DNA of 63,964 nt, counting the filler, from Candidatus Rokuibacteriota bacterium (GTDB taxonomy: Bacteria > JAUVQV01 > DATDCY01), in the NCBI GenBank assembly GCA_031406795.1. It is 8 parts of 8 records of this genome, joined end to end, with 100 filler letters (N's around TTAATTAATTAA, not from the genome) between each part and the next. Parts side by side here need not be neighbours in the genome. Positions count along the whole stretch, not along the records: positions 6,740 to 11,372 come from JANOHV010000213.1; positions 11,473 to 33,358 come from JANOHV010000234.1; 6 more parts are not named here. The stretch is one strand, 5' to 3'. Positions 9,456 through 19,994 of the stretch are shown here, in pieces (position 1 is the first letter of the stretch; each line of letters opens with the position of its first letter). The translations under genes were made by a program, and so were the position numbers. Under the pieces are notes generated by a model. It searched no databases, was not told where the DNA came from, and was given only the letters and a program-made list of their open reading frames with translations.

Positions 9456-10538
9456 CTACAGATCCAGGAGCTTCGGGATCCGGCTGCTGAGGATCTCACG
9501 CCCTGTCTGCGTCACCAATACCATATCCTCAATCCGCACTCCACCAAAATTTTCGATGTAGACCCCCGGTTCGACGGTGACAACCATGCCGGGACGAAGC
9601 GTATCCCCACTTCGTGGCGACAAAACCGGCTTCTCGTGGACTTCGAGCCCCACCCCGTGCCCAGTGCCGTGGCCGAAATGCTTCCCGTGGCCTGCTCGTT
9701 CGATGACTTCGCGCGCTGCGGCATCCACGTCGCTGCCTTTGACCCCGGGACCAATGAGCGCCAATGCTGCGCGCTGGGATTCGAGGACGAGCTGATAGAC
9801 GTCTCGTGCATTTCTGTCCCACTTTGATGGCGAATAGGTGCGCGTAGTGTCGCTGCAGTACCCACTTAGTCGCACCCCAAAGTCAATTACGACAAGTTCG
9901 CCACCACCGACTATCTTCTTCGTTGGCTTGGCGTGAGGAAGAGCCGCCCTCGGTCCGGACGCGACGATCGTCGGAAACGACTCTTCGTCACCCCCTTCCT
10001 TCCGGATTTCCGACTGCAGCCGTGTGGCGATCGCAATCTCGCTCTTCCCGGCCAGCCTGCGTGTTCCGGCGACAAGCGCACGCTCTGCGACCGCCAGCGC
10101 GCGCCTGATCAGGGTGACCTCCCCGGCGTCCTTGACCGCGCGCAGGCCCTCCACGGTGCCGCCCAGCGGGACGAGTTCCACCCCCGGCATCGCGCCCCCG
10201 AGATCGGCGTGCGCCGCGAAGGTCATCCGGTCGGACTCGAACCCGAGCCGGACAACCCGTGCGTGTCGCGCCGCCGCGGCGACCACTTCGACGGACCCGC
10301 CCGTGTATTCGAAGATCCTGGCGCCGCGCACCTCGCGGCGGCTCTGCGCCCGATAGCGGAAGTCGCAGAAGAAAACCGCGTCGCGCGCCGAGACCAGCAG
10401 CGAACCCGCCGACCCGGTGAAGCCGCAGAGCCAGCGCACGTTGGGCAGATGGGTGATCAGGACCGCGGAGAGGCCACGCCTCCTGAGGGCCGCGCGCAGA
10501 CGCGCGACACGCCCCGGGCAGGGACCGGGGGCGCTCAC
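9456..10538 (-). CDS. Xaa-Pro aminopeptidase (M24 family)
   Basis: Creatinase N-domain, DFG...[33 protein letters not shown]. Confidence 0.93.
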   Translation of the reverse strand: MSAPGPCPGRVARLRAALRRRGLSAVLITHLPNVRWLCGFTGSAGSLLVSARDAVFFCDFRYRAQSRREVRGARIFEYTGGSVEVVAAAARHARVVRLGFESDRMTFAAHADLGGAMPGVELVPLGGTVEGLRAVKDAGEVTLIRRALAVAERALVAGTRRLAGKSEIAIATRLQSEIRKEGGDEESFPTIVASGPRAALPHAKPTKKIVGGGELVVIDFGVRLSGYCSDTTRTYSPSKWDRNARDVYQLVLESQRAALALIGPGVKGSDVDAAAREVIERAGHGKHFGHGTGHGVGLEVHEKPVLSPRSGDTLRPGMVVTVEPGVYIENFGGVRIEDMVLVTQTGREILSSRIPKLLDL

Positions 10539-10969
10539 GAGGCCAGGAGCGCGGTGACCGCCCTCAGGGCGAGCAGGTACCCCTCCGCCCCGAATCCGGC
10601 GATGACGCCACGACAGGCGGGGGCCGTCAGTGATGTGTGCCGGAACCCCTCGCGGGCGTGGACGTTCGAGAGGTGCACCTCGACCGTGGGCAGGCCGACG
10701 GCCGTGATCGCGTCGCGGAGCGCGATGCTGGTGTGTGTGTAGGCCGCCGGGTTGATGACGATCGCAGCCGCGCGTCCCGACGCCGACTGCACGGCGTCGA
10801 CGAGAGCCCCTTCGCTGTTGGACTGAAAGAACTCGACCTTCAGGCCGAGCTCGGCGCCAAGCGCCGTCGCGCGGGCCTCGATCTCCTCAAGGGTCGTGTG
10901 TCCGTAGAGGCCCGGCTCGCGCTTGCCCAGCAGGTTGAGATTCGGCCCGTTGATGACGAGAACTCTCAT
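10535..10969 (-). CDS. aroQ: Type II 3-dehydroquinate dehydratase
   Basis: [39 protein letters not shown]. Confidence 0.97.
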   Translation of the reverse strand: MRVLVINGPNLNLLGKREPGLYGHTTLEEIEARATALGAELGLKVEFFQSNSEGALVDAVQSASGRAAAIVINPAAYTHTSIALRDAITAVGLPTVEVHLSNVHAREGFRHTSLTAPACRGVIAGFGAEGYLLALRAVTALLAS

Positions 10970-10983
10970 GACCGGCGACCCGC

Positions 10984-11343
10984 CTAGGCGAACTCGTTCG
11001 CGAGCGCGTGCGCGGCCCGGCGCAATTCGTACCGACCCCGCCCGATCAGCGCGCCGGGAGCCAGAAACAGGAGCAGATAATAGCCCGGACCGATCAGCCG
11101 CAGCAGGCTCAGCCGCGCCCGGCTGGTCACCAGGATTTCGTCCAGTTCGCCGGCCTCCACCGCCATCGTCCCGCGGCGCATCTCGCGGGCGGCGCCGGCG
11201 AATTCGGCGCTCGCCAATTCCAGATCGATGCCGGGGTCGACGACGTGGCGCTCCACGATGATCCCGTCTTCCGCCAGGATCACGGCCCCGAGGGCCCCCT
11301 CGACACGGGCGCAGATCCCCTCAAGCTCCTGCTGGAAATTCAT
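10984..11343 (-). CDS. Roadblock/LC7 domain protein
   Basis: [18 protein letters not shown]...[13 protein letters not shown]; conserved position upstream of aroQ. Confidence 0.85.
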   Translation of the reverse strand: MNFQQELEGICARVEGALGAVILAEDGIIVERHVVDPGIDLELASAEFAGAAREMRRGTMAVEAGELDEILVTSRARLSLLRLIGPGYYLLLFLAPGALIGRGRYELRRAAHALANEFA

Positions 11344-11483
11344 CGCGGCCGTCCTCCCTTGAACGTCTCGAGNNNNNNNNNNNNNNNNNNNNNNNNNNNN
11401 NNNNNNNNNNNNNNNNTTAATTAATTAANNNNNNNNNNNNNNNNNNNNNNNNNNNNNNNNNNNNNNNNNNNNATCAGCGCATC

Positions 11484-12569
11484 ATGAGCGTCCAGAGGTT
11501 TCGTTTCCGCCAGGTGGATCCGCGGGTCGCCATCGGCACCGCGACCGACCGCTATGCCGGCTGGCTCGGACAGATCTACACGCCGAAGCGCTACGAGGGG
11601 CGCATCACGCGACGGACGCACGAAGTCGGCGGCCGTTCGTTCGTCGAGGAGGTCCTCCCGGTCGACAGCGTCGAGGAGTATTTCGAACACTTCGGCGTGC
11701 TGGAAATCGACTACACGTTCTACCGGCCGCTGCTCGACGAGCACCTGCACCCGACCGATACCTTCCACCTGGTGCGCACGTATGCCGGCCATCTCAAGGA
11801 GGGGGACCGGGTGATCCTGAAGGCGCCGCAGGCGGTGGTGGCGCCGCGCGTGCGCCGGGGCGGCGGATTCGTGACGAACCCCGATTACCTCGACGCGGAC
11901 TTCTTCACGCACCGGTTCTACGCTCCCGCCGCGAAGCTGCTGAAGGAACACCTCGGCGGGATTCTGTTCGAGCAGGAGTACCGTCGCGCAGCCGACCGGG
12001 ACGTCCCGGAAGACGAAGCCGCCGATCTCGAACGCTTCTTCCGCCGCATCCCCCCCGACAGGCACTACCACCTCGAGCTGCGCACGGAGCGCTACCTCTC
12101 GGGGCCGGTCTTCGAGGTTCTCGCGCGGCTCGGCGTCGGGCAGGCGCTTTCGCACTGGACGTGGCTGCCGCCGCTCGGCGAGCAACTCGCGCGGGCGGGC
12201 GGGCGCTTTTTCAACGCGGGTGGCGACGTGCTGATCCGGCTGATGACCCCGCACGGGATGCGCTACGAGGAGGCCTTCGCGAAGGCGCATCCCTTCGACA
12301 AGCTCGTGCCGGGGCTGCTCTCCGAGCGGATGCTCGACGAGACCGCGGCGATCATGCATCAGGCGATCGCCGCGGATCGTCAGGTCACCGTGATCGTCAA
12401 CAACCGCTCCGGCGGCAACGCGCCGCTGATCGCCGAACGGCTCGTGGAGCGGTTTCGGAGCACGCGCCACGAACCGGGTCCCGCGGAACGCGAAACCGGC
12501 AAGCCGCTGCCCGCCGCGGATGCGCCGCTGCCGCCGCCGGCTAAGGCCCGAAGAGCGCGGCGCGGCTGA
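11484..12569 (+). CDS. DUF72 family protein
   Basis: IGTA..RYAGWLGQIY, LEIDYTFYR, LKAPQ, HLELRT, VIVNNRSGGNAP. Confidence 0.85.
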   Translation: MSVQRFRFRQVDPRVAIGTATDRYAGWLGQIYTPKRYEGRITRRTHEVGGRSFVEEVLPVDSVEEYFEHFGVLEIDYTFYRPLLDEHLHPTDTFHLVRTYAGHLKEGDRVILKAPQAVVAPRVRRGGGFVTNPDYLDADFFTHRFYAPAAKLLKEHLGGILFEQEYRRAADRDVPEDEAADLERFFRRIPPDRHYHLELRTERYLSGPVFEVLARLGVGQALSHWTWLPPLGEQLARAGGRFFNAGGDVLIRLMTPHGMRYEEAFAKAHPFDKLVPGLLSERMLDETAAIMHQAIAADRQVTVIVNNRSGGNAPLIAERLVERFRSTRHEPGPAERETGKPLPAADAPLPPPAKARRARRG

Positions 12570-13086
12570 GCCTGATCCGCGGCTGGCCGACCAGCTTCAG
12601 GCCGGCGCGCGCGGCCGCCGCCAGTTCGGCGGCGAAGTCCGCCTTTGCGACGTGGAACGCCGGCTCGGCGACGAGCAAGCGTCCGTCGCGGGCGAGCGCG
12701 CCGGCGATCTCGCGGCAGAAGGCCTCGGCCGAGGGTGTCTCGTGCAGCATCCAGAAGGCGAGGGCGAAGTCCACCGGCCCGGTGACGCCAATGGAATCGG
12801 CGCCGCAGCGCCGGGTCACGATGCGGTCGGCGAGCCCGGCGCGACGGGCGCGCCGCTCGACGACGCCGAGCGCCCGCTGCTGCAGATCGACGGCGATCAC
12901 CCGCCCGCCCGGGCCGACCATGCGCGCGAGCCCGAGCGTGAAGTGACCGATGCCGCAGCCGATGTCGAGCACGGTCATCCCCGGACGCACCCAGTCCGAA
13001 AGGACTTTCTCCGGAGGGTGCAGCAGGCGCCGCAGGGGATTGTCGAAACTGTAGGCGAACCACCACGGACAGACGTGCGTTTCCAT
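12541..13086 (-). CDS. Class I SAM-dependent methyltransferase
   Basis: HVCPWW N-terminus, VLDIGCGIG motif I, VIAVD. Confidence 0.9.
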   Translation of the reverse strand: METHVCPWWFAYSFDNPLRRLLHPPEKVLSDWVRPGMTVLDIGCGIGHFTLGLARMVGPGGRVIAVDLQQRALGVVERRARRAGLADRIVTRRCGADSIGVTGPVDFALAFWMLHETPSAEAFCREIAGALARDGRLLVAEPAFHVAKADFAAELAAAARAGLKLVGQPRIRLSRAALFGP

Positions 13087-13148
13087 CGCTTCTCCCTGGC
13101 ACCCGGGCCGGCGGATGCGCCGATTATACCCGCGCCGACGCGGAACGG

Positions 13149-13325
13149 TAATCCTTCAGTGCGGTGCGGTAACTTTTCCCGTTTGTGGTGAGCCTGTCCC
13201 GTTCGTGGTGAGCCTGTCGAACCACGAACGGGAAGGAGTCTTCACACAAGCGCCCTTCGACCGTTCGACAAGCTCACGGCTCAGGGCGAACGGTACTGAT
13301 CGGGCCACTGTTCAGTGAAGGATTA
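13149..13325. mobile_element. MITE family A, copy 1
   Basis: TIRs TAATCCTTCA/TGAAGGATTA, flanking direct repeat CGCGGAACG, internal GAGCCTGTCGAA palindromes; homologous to 26236 and 63810. Confidence 0.85.
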
Positions 13326-13401
13326 TCGCGGAACGTGCGCCCGGCGTGGCGACGGCCGTTGCGAGCTGGTACTATCGGATCCGAAATCCGGGGGGGCGAC
13401 C

Positions 13402-13869
13402 GTGGATGAAACCATCACCTTCGGCGTCAACGGCCGGCGGCGCACGCTGACCACCGATCCGCGGCGCACGCTGCTCGAGGTCCTGCGGGAGGACTTCGGG
13501 CTGACCGGCACGAAATACGGCTGCGGCGAGGCCCGCTGCGGCGCCTGCTCGGTGCTGATCGACGACCGACGGGCCCTCTCCTGCACCATCCCGCTTGGCA
13601 GCGTCAGCGGCGCCTCGGTGATCACCATCGAAGGCCTGGCCGCGGAGGGGACCCTGCACCCGGTGCAGGAGGCGTTTCTCGCCGAGGGCGCGTTTCAGTG
13701 CGGTTTCTGCACGCCGGGCATGATCATGACCACGGTGGCCCTGCTGCGCGAGACCCCCCGGCCGGACGATGCGCGGATCCTCGCGGCCTTCGAGGGCAAC
13801 CTCTGCCGCTGCAACGGCTACGTCAGGATTCTCAAGGCCGTCAAGCGGGCCGCGGCGGGGGGGCGGTAG
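13402..13869 (+). CDS. 2Fe-2S subunit of a xanthine-dehydrogenase-family molybdoenzyme (IorA/CoxS-like)
   Basis: [34 protein letters not shown]. Confidence 0.93.
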   Translation: MDETITFGVNGRRRTLTTDPRRTLLEVLREDFGLTGTKYGCGEARCGACSVLIDDRRALSCTIPLGSVSGASVITIEGLAAEGTLHPVQEAFLAEGAFQCGFCTPGMIMTTVALLRETPRPDDARILAAFEGNLCRCNGYVRILKAVKRAAAGGR

Positions 13870-13872
13870 GTC

Positions 13873-15969
13873 ATGCCGGCAGAAGAGCTACCGGTCGACC
13901 GGTTCCCGGATGGCGGCCTCAACCGGCGCGAATTCATCCAGCTGCTCGGCGCGGGGCTGCTGATCACGGTTGGCCCGCCGGCGGCGTTCGCGCAGCTTCG
14001 GCCCGGCCGCGCCGGCGAACCCGCCGGCGGGACGATTGCCGCCCGCGTTCACCTGGGCGCGGACGGCGGCATCGCCGTCATGACCGGCAAGGTCGAGGGC
14101 GGGCAGGGCGCCCGGGCCGAGCTGACGCAGGCCGCGGCCGAGGAGCTGCGCGTGCCGGTCGCGCGCATCAGCCTGATCATGGCCGACACCGATCGCGTGC
14201 CCGACGACGGCATCACCGCCGGCAGCCGGAGCACGCCTTCGACCGTGCCCGCGGTGCGTCAGGGGGCCGCGGCCGCCCGCGAGCTGCTGATCGCCTTCGC
14301 CGCGGCCCGCTGGCAGGTGGACCGCACGCAGATTGCGGTCCATGACGGCAAGGCGACTCACGGCGCGAGCCGGCGCGAACTGACCTACGCCGACCTGGCC
14401 GCCGACGAAGGGCCGGCAAATGCGCTGCACCAGCCCGTGCCGGTGGGCGTCACCCTCACGCCGGTCAAGGACTGGAAGGTCATGGGCACGCCGGTCCCGC
14501 GCCCCGGCGGCCGCGACCTCGTGAGCGGCTCGCACGCCTTTCCCTCGGACGTCGTCCGGCCGGGGATGCTCTACGGGAGAATCCTGCGCGCCCCCTCCTA
14601 CGGGGCGAAACTCACCGACATCGACCTGGCTCCGGCCCGCGGGATGGAAGGCGTCGTCGTCGTGCGGGAGGGTCCGTTCGTCGGCGTGGCCGCCCCGACG
14701 AGCCGCGGCGCCGAGCAGGCCCTGGAGGCGATCGCGCGGACGGCGGCCTGGGAGTCGGCCGCGCACCCCTCGAGCGGCAAGCTCTTCGAGTATCTGCGCG
14801 CGGGAGCCCGCGGCGGCGAAGCAAAGTCCTCAGCCGCCCTCGAGCCGGGCGCCGGCAGGTTCGTCAGCGGTACCTACCACGTCGCCTACATCCAGCATGC
14901 CCCGCTGGAGACGCGGACGGCCGTCGCCGAGTGGGACGCGGGCAGACTGACGGTCTGGACGGGCACGCAGAACCCCTTCGGCGTGCGCTCGGAGCTGGCC
15001 ACTGCGTTCGAACTGCCGGCGCAGCGCGTCCGGGTCATCGTGCCCGACTTCGGCGCCGGCTTCGGCGGCAAGCACCAGCCCGACGCCCCCGCGGAGGCGG
15101 CCCGCCTGAGCCGGGCCGCCGGCAAACCGGTGCAGGTCCGCTGGACCCGCCGTGAGGAGTTCACCTGGGCCTGCTTCCGGCCGGCGGCGGTGATCGACCT
15201 CGAGGCCCGGCTCGACGCGCGGGGCCGCCTGACGAGCTGGCGTCACGTCAACATCAACTCGGGCCGTCCGGCAATCGAGACGCCGTACCGGGCGGGGGCG
15301 TCCCGCAGTGAGTTCCTGCAATCGGACCCGCCGCTGCGGCAGTGCTCCTACCGCGCGCTGGCCGCAACCGCCAACAACTTCGCCCGCGAATGCTTCATGG
15401 ACGAGTTGGCCGCCGCGGCCGGCGGCGATCCGTTGGCCTTCCGCCTGGCGCACCTCGACGATCCCCGGCTCAAGGCCGTGCTGGAGACGGCCGCCGCCCG
15501 ATTCGATTTCGCGGGACGGCGCAGCCGGCGGCAGCCGGGCACCGGCTTCGGCCTCGCCTGCGGGACTGAAAAAGGCTCCTACGTCGCCGCCTGCGCCGAG
15601 GTCGCCGTTCGCGACGGCGGAATCGTCGTCCGCCGGATCGGCCAGGTCTTCGAGTGCGGCGCGATCGTCAACCCCGCCAATCTGGAGGCTCAGGTCACCG
15701 GGTGCCTGCTGATGGGCCTGGGTCCGGCGCTGCGCGAGGAGATGCGCTTCGAGAACGGGGTCGTGCTCAACGCGAGCTTCCGGGAGTACCTCGTGCCGCG
15801 CTTTGCGGACGTGCCGGAGCTGGACGTGCACCTGTTGAACCGGCCGGATCTCCCCTCTGCGGGCTCCGGTGAGACGCCGATCATCGCCGTCGCCCCGGCG
15901 ATCGCCAACGCCGTCTTCGACGCGACCGGCCGGCGGGTGCGGCAGATGCCGATCCGACTGACGGACTAG
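13873..15969 (+). CDS. Molybdopterin-binding subunit, isoquinoline 1-oxidoreductase beta (IorB)-like, with Tat signal
   Basis: NRREFIQLLG twin-Arg signal, GKVEGGQG, GAGFGGK, GSGETP..AVAPAIANA.FDATG. Confidence 0.9.
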   Translation: MPAEELPVDRFPDGGLNRREFIQLLGAGLLITVGPPAAFAQLRPGRAGEPAGGTIAARVHLGADGGIAVMTGKVEGGQGARAELTQAAAEELRVPVARISLIMADTDRVPDDGITAGSRSTPSTVPAVRQGAAAARELLIAFAAARWQVDRTQIAVHDGKATHGASRRELTYADLAADEGPANALHQPVPVGVTLTPVKDWKVMGTPVPRPGGRDLVSGSHAFPSDVVRPGMLYGRILRAPSYGAKLTDIDLAPARGMEGVVVVREGPFVGVAAPTSRGAEQALEAIARTAAWESAAHPSSGKLFEYLRAGARGGEAKSSAALEPGAGRFVSGTYHVAYIQHAPLETRTAVAEWDAGRLTVWTGTQNPFGVRSELATAFELPAQRVRVIVPDFGAGFGGKHQPDAPAEAARLSRAAGKPVQVRWTRREEFTWACFRPAAVIDLEARLDARGRLTSWRHVNINSGRPAIETPYRAGASRSEFLQSDPPLRQCSYRALAATANNFARECFMDELAAAAGGDPLAFRLAHLDDPRLKAVLETAAARFDFAGRRSRRQPGTGFGLACGTEKGSYVAACAEVAVRDGGIVVRRIGQVFECGAIVNPANLEAQVTGCLLMGLGPALREEMRFENGVVLNASFREYLVPRFADVPELDVHLLNRPDLPSAGSGETPIIAVAPAIANAVFDATGRRVRQMPIRLTD

Positions 15970-17690
15970 CGGGCTGCCGGGGAAGGAGCAGCCCAGCCTG
16001 ATTCAGCGGCGGGCTCTCCGTCGAGAACCCCCCGTACCGACCCGGCCAGGTCGGTCGGCGTCAGCGGCTTGAGCAGCAGCCGCTCGCCGTCGTCCAGCAG
16101 TCGCCGTTCGTGGACGGCCTCGAACGGGTAGCCGCTCGTGAAAACGATTTTCGCGTCGCCTCTGATCTGCCTGATCGCCGCCGCGGCCTCCTTGCCGCTC
16201 TTCCGCGGCAGCACGACGTCCATCAGCACGAGATCCACGCCCCGCCCCTTTTCCCGGAAGACCTCGACGGCCTCCAGCCCATCCTTCGCGCGGAGCACCC
16301 GGTAGCCGAGACTCTCCAGATACAGTTCCAGATAGCGCCTGATCGCGGGTTCGTTCTCGACGACCAGGATCGTTTCCGTACCGCCGCGCAACGGGCGGGG
16401 CTGCACCGGTGCGCCCGGGGCCGCCACGTCGCCGGGCATCAGCGGTAGCAGGATCCTGAACGAGGTGCCCTGGCCGGGTTCGCTGGAGACGCTGATGTGC
16501 CCCTGGTGCTGCTGGACGATCCCATAGACGATCGCGAGCCCCAGACCCGTCCCCTTGCCGGCCTCCTTGGTGGTGAAGAACGGCTCGAAGATCCGCTTCC
16601 GGGTCGTCTCGCCCATGCCGCAGCCGGTGTCGGTGACGCTGAGGACGGCGTAGCGCCCCGGCGCGCCATACCCGTTCAGGCGAACGAATTCCGCATCGAC
16701 CATCAGGACGTCCGTCCCTATGGCCAGCAGGCCGCCACCCGGCATGGCATCCCGGGCATTGCTCGCCAGATTCATCAGGATCTGCTCGATCTGGCCGGCA
16801 TCGGCGACGATCGGGATGTCCTTCTCCCGGAACGACAGCGTGAGCTTGACGTCCTTGCCGACGACCCTGTCCAGAAAGGTCTCCAGGTTCCGGACGCAGT
16901 GGTTCAGGCTCAGCGGCCGCGGCGTGATCGCCTGCAGCCTGCTGAAGCTCAACAGGCTGCGGGTCAGGTTCTGCGCCCGGCCGGCCGCGGCGAGAATCTG
17001 ATCCAGCAGGCTCAGTTCGGACTCGTCAGTCTTGACCTTCTCGCGCAGCAAGTCCCCGAAACCGACGATGACGGTCAGGATGTTGTTGAAATCGTGCGCG
17101 ATGCCGGCGGAAAACCGGCCGACGGCTTCCAGTTTAAGCGCCTGGCGGAGCCGATCCTCGAGGCGCCGCTGCTCTTCGACGGATAGCTGGAGTTCCCGGT
17201 TGCTCCGCTCCAGTTCGGCCACCTTCTTCTCGAGTTTGTGGAACAACACTTCATTGTATCCCCTGAGGAACTCGTCTTCGCCGGGGCCGGCCCCCGGGGA
17301 AGCGCCCGCCGCGACGGGAGCGGGCCCGGCCAGCACCTCGCGAATGATGCCGAGCAGGGCCGCGGGCTCCTGAGGCTTGACGACGAATTTTGCCGCCCCC
17401 AGGCTCAACGCCAGATCCTCGTCCTGTTTGTCGGTGTAGGTGGCGGTATAGAAGATGAACGGTCTGCCGCGGAGTCGATCGTTCTTGCGCCACTCCCGGC
17501 AGAGCGCAAAGCCGTCCATGACCGGCATCAGGATGTCGCTGACGATCAGGTCCGGCGGGTCGGTCAGCGCCGATGCGAGCGCCTGCGCGCCGTTGTCGGC
17601 AGAGCGGACCACGAACCCGTTCCCCGTGAGGAGGGCCTCCAGAAAGTAGCGGTTCTCGGCGTTGTCGTCGACGACCAGCACGCTAGGCAT
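15966..17690 (-). CDS. Hybrid REC-histidine kinase-REC protein
   Basis: VLVVDDN and SDILMP receiver, AHDFNNIL H-box, [14 protein letters not shown]-terminal receiver. Confidence 0.93.
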   Translation of the reverse strand: MPSVLVVDDNAENRYFLEALLTGNGFVVRSADNGAQALASALTDPPDLIVSDILMPVMDGFALCREWRKNDRLRGRPFIFYTATYTDKQDEDLALSLGAAKFVVKPQEPAALLGIIREVLAGPAPVAAGASPGAGPGEDEFLRGYNEVLFHKLEKKVAELERSNRELQLSVEEQRRLEDRLRQALKLEAVGRFSAGIAHDFNNILTVIVGFGDLLREKVKTDESELSLLDQILAAAGRAQNLTRSLLSFSRLQAITPRPLSLNHCVRNLETFLDRVVGKDVKLTLSFREKDIPIVADAGQIEQILMNLASNARDAMPGGGLLAIGTDVLMVDAEFVRLNGYGAPGRYAVLSVTDTGCGMGETTRKRIFEPFFTTKEAGKGTGLGLAIVYGIVQQHQGHISVSSEPGQGTSFRILLPLMPGDVAAPGAPVQPRPLRGGTETILVVENEPAIRRYLELYLESLGYRVLRAKDGLEAVEVFREKGRGVDLVLMDVVLPRKSGKEAAAAIRQIRGDAKIVFTSGYPFEAVHERRLLDDGERLLLKPLTPTDLAGSVRGVLDGEPAAESGWAAPSPAAR

Positions 17691-19914
17691 GTTCGCCGCT
17701 CCTCTGCAGCGGCAGCACGAACGCGAACGTGCTTCCCGCCCCGGGGCTGCTCTCGACCCGCATGCTGCCATCCATCAATTCCACGAGCTTCCGGCAGATG
17801 GAGAGCCCCAGCCCGGTGCCCTCGTACCGGCGGGTCAAGCCGGTGTCGACCTGATAAAACGGCTTGAACAACCGGGCCAGGTCAGCCTCCCCGATGCCGA
17901 TGCCGGAATCGATCACGCTGGTCACCATGCCCCCCGCCTCGCGCACGCAGGTGACGCGAATCCCGCCCGTCTCGGTGAACTTCACCGCGTTGCTCAACAG
18001 ATTGAGCAGGACCTGCTCCACCCGGCGCGCGTCACCTACGATAGTCCCTCTATCTTCCATCAAGGCGACCGAAAGATCGAGTCCCTTTTTTTCGGCGAGC
18101 GGCCGCACGCTCTGAACGACCTTGAGGATCGTCTCGCGCAGGTCGAACGGCTCGCTGGCCACCGTCAGTTGCCCCGCCTCGATCTTGGAGATGTCCAGGA
18201 CGTCGCTGATCAGCCTGAGCAGGTGGTTGGCGCTGCCGTGGACCATGGAGAGCTGCTTGGCCTGCTCCTCGTTGACCGGGCCGCTCAGCCCCTGCAGCAG
18301 GATGCCGGTGAAGCCGATGATCGAATTCAGGGGCGTGCGCAATTCGTGGGACATCGTGGCCAGAAAGGCGGATTTCAGCCGGTCGGCGGCCTCGGCGCGT
18401 TCCTTGGCCGTCTCCAGCTGCCGGTTCGTCGCGCTGACGTCCTCCAGCGAGTGCCGGAGCGCCTGCTGCGAACGCTCCAGATCGTCGGTCTTCTGCCCCA
18501 GTTCGGCCGTGCGCGCCGCGACGAGCTCCTCGAGGTGCAGCCGGTGCTGCGTCAGTTCGGCCTCGGTCCGCTTGCGCTCCGTGATGTTGCGGATGATGGT
18601 CAGCAGGCAGGGCTCGCCGCCGACCTCGATCGTCTCCCCGGAGACGAGGCCGTCGAGCAGCGCTCCGGCCTTCGTCAGAAAGCGCGCTTCCATCTCGCGG
18701 ACGCGTCCCGCGGCCCGGATGGCGGCGAGATAGCACTCGCGCTCCCGGGGGTCCGCCCAGAGGCGCAGGCCGATCGTGGACTGCGCCCGCGCCTCCTCGG
18801 GCGAGTATCCCGTCTCGCGCAGAAAGACCTCGTTGACCTCCAGCAGCATCCCATCCGCGATCCGGCTGATCACGATGGCGTCCGGCGTGGCGTGAAAGGC
18901 TTTCATGAACTTCTGCTCGGAGACCCGCAGCGTCCGTTCCGCCTGTCGGCGCTTGTCCTCTTCGCTGATGATCAGCCAGGCGCGGGCGGCGACGATCGCG
19001 AGGAGCATCCCGCCCGCGTAGACCAGGCCGACGACCAGCGCCAGCCGGTTCCTGAAGGCTTTCAGGCTGGCGAGCAGCTCCTCCACGGAGGAGGAAACGA
19101 CGATGGACCAGTAGGTGCTGCCGAGCCGGATCGGCATGTACACGGCGTACTTCCGCACGGGCGCGGCCGTGCGCTCGCGAATCCAGTCCGAGGTGTAGGT
19201 CGCGACCCCTTCGCGGCCCTGGAGCATGTCGGTGAGCATGGCGATGACCGAGGGTGAGGACTTGAACTTTTCGAGCGCCGAACTGCCGGTGAACCCGGGG
19301 ACCGGGGTGTAGAGCAGCGTGGCATCGCGGCTGACGACCCAGGCGTACCCGGTCGCGCCGATGCTGATCGCGTCGATATAGCGCTTCGCGAGACTCTCGA
19401 AGTTGAAGCCGACGGCGATCGAACCCTTGAACGCCGTCCCCTTGAAGACCGGCACGTGCAGCGCGATCGCGTCGAACCCCTGCACCGCGCGGAAGACGTC
19501 GCTCACGACCGGCCGGCGATCGCGCAGGATCTCGCGCACGTGCCGCTGTCCGGAGATGTCGCTGCCCTCGGAGTCGCCGAAGGGGAGCGAGGCGAGAATC
19601 ACCCCCCGTTCGTCCATCCGGGTGATCGACCTGATCTGTTCCCGGTGGGCCTCGAAGAAGAGCCTCATGTAACGCCTGCCGTTGGCGTCGACGTCGGCGA
19701 TCTCGCTCATGCCGGAGAAGGCCGCGAGAATACTGGTCCACGTCGCGAAGAAGTCCTCGATGCCCCGGGCCGCCTGCCGGGCGTGAATCCGCTGCGTCTC
19801 CTGGAGTTGCGCGAGGGCGACCTGCTTGGCGTCCCGATAGAACTCGAGAAAGAGCAGGACGCAGACCCCGCTGAAACCGATCATCAGCGCGGCGAACCGT
19901 AGTTTCTTCACCAC
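17683..19914 (-). CDS. Membrane sensor histidine kinase (Cache + PAS + HisKA + HATPase)
   Basis: Two TM helices flanking a Cache-like domain, PAS (PDAIVIS), SHELRTPLNSI, NAVKFT, GTGLGL. Confidence 0.93.
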   Translation of the reverse strand: MVKKLRFAALMIGFSGVCVLLFLEFYRDAKQVALAQLQETQRIHARQAARGIEDFFATWTSILAAFSGMSEIADVDANGRRYMRLFFEAHREQIRSITRMDERGVILASLPFGDSEGSDISGQRHVREILRDRRPVVSDVFRAVQGFDAIALHVPVFKGTAFKGSIAVGFNFESLAKRYIDAISIGATGYAWVVSRDATLLYTPVPGFTGSSALEKFKSSPSVIAMLTDMLQGREGVATYTSDWIRERTAAPVRKYAVYMPIRLGSTYWSIVVSSSVEELLASLKAFRNRLALVVGLVYAGGMLLAIVAARAWLIISEEDKRRQAERTLRVSEQKFMKAFHATPDAIVISRIADGMLLEVNEVFLRETGYSPEEARAQSTIGLRLWADPRERECYLAAIRAAGRVREMEARFLTKAGALLDGLVSGETIEVGGEPCLLTIIRNITERKRTEAELTQHRLHLEELVAARTAELGQKTDDLERSQQALRHSLEDVSATNRQLETAKERAEAADRLKSAFLATMSHELRTPLNSIIGFTGILLQGLSGPVNEEQAKQLSMVHGSANHLLRLISDVLDISKIEAGQLTVASEPFDLRETILKVVQSVRPLAEKKGLDLSVALMEDRGTIVGDARRVEQVLLNLLSNAVKFTETGGIRVTCVREAGGMVTSVIDSGIGIGEADLARLFKPFYQVDTGLTRRYEGTGLGLSICRKLVELMDGSMRVESSPGAGSTFAFVLPLQRSGEHA

Positions 19915-19994
19915 CGGCTTCTCCCCTGCCTGCGATCTTGTCGCCGCGATAAACCGGCTGGATCGACCCTACGCCGAACCGGAACAGAAGGCAA

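Noticed and set aside
12541..12569. 29-bp convergent overlap of the DUF72 and methyltransferase genes
   Set aside because: Common low-complexity tail run-on in GC-rich genomes
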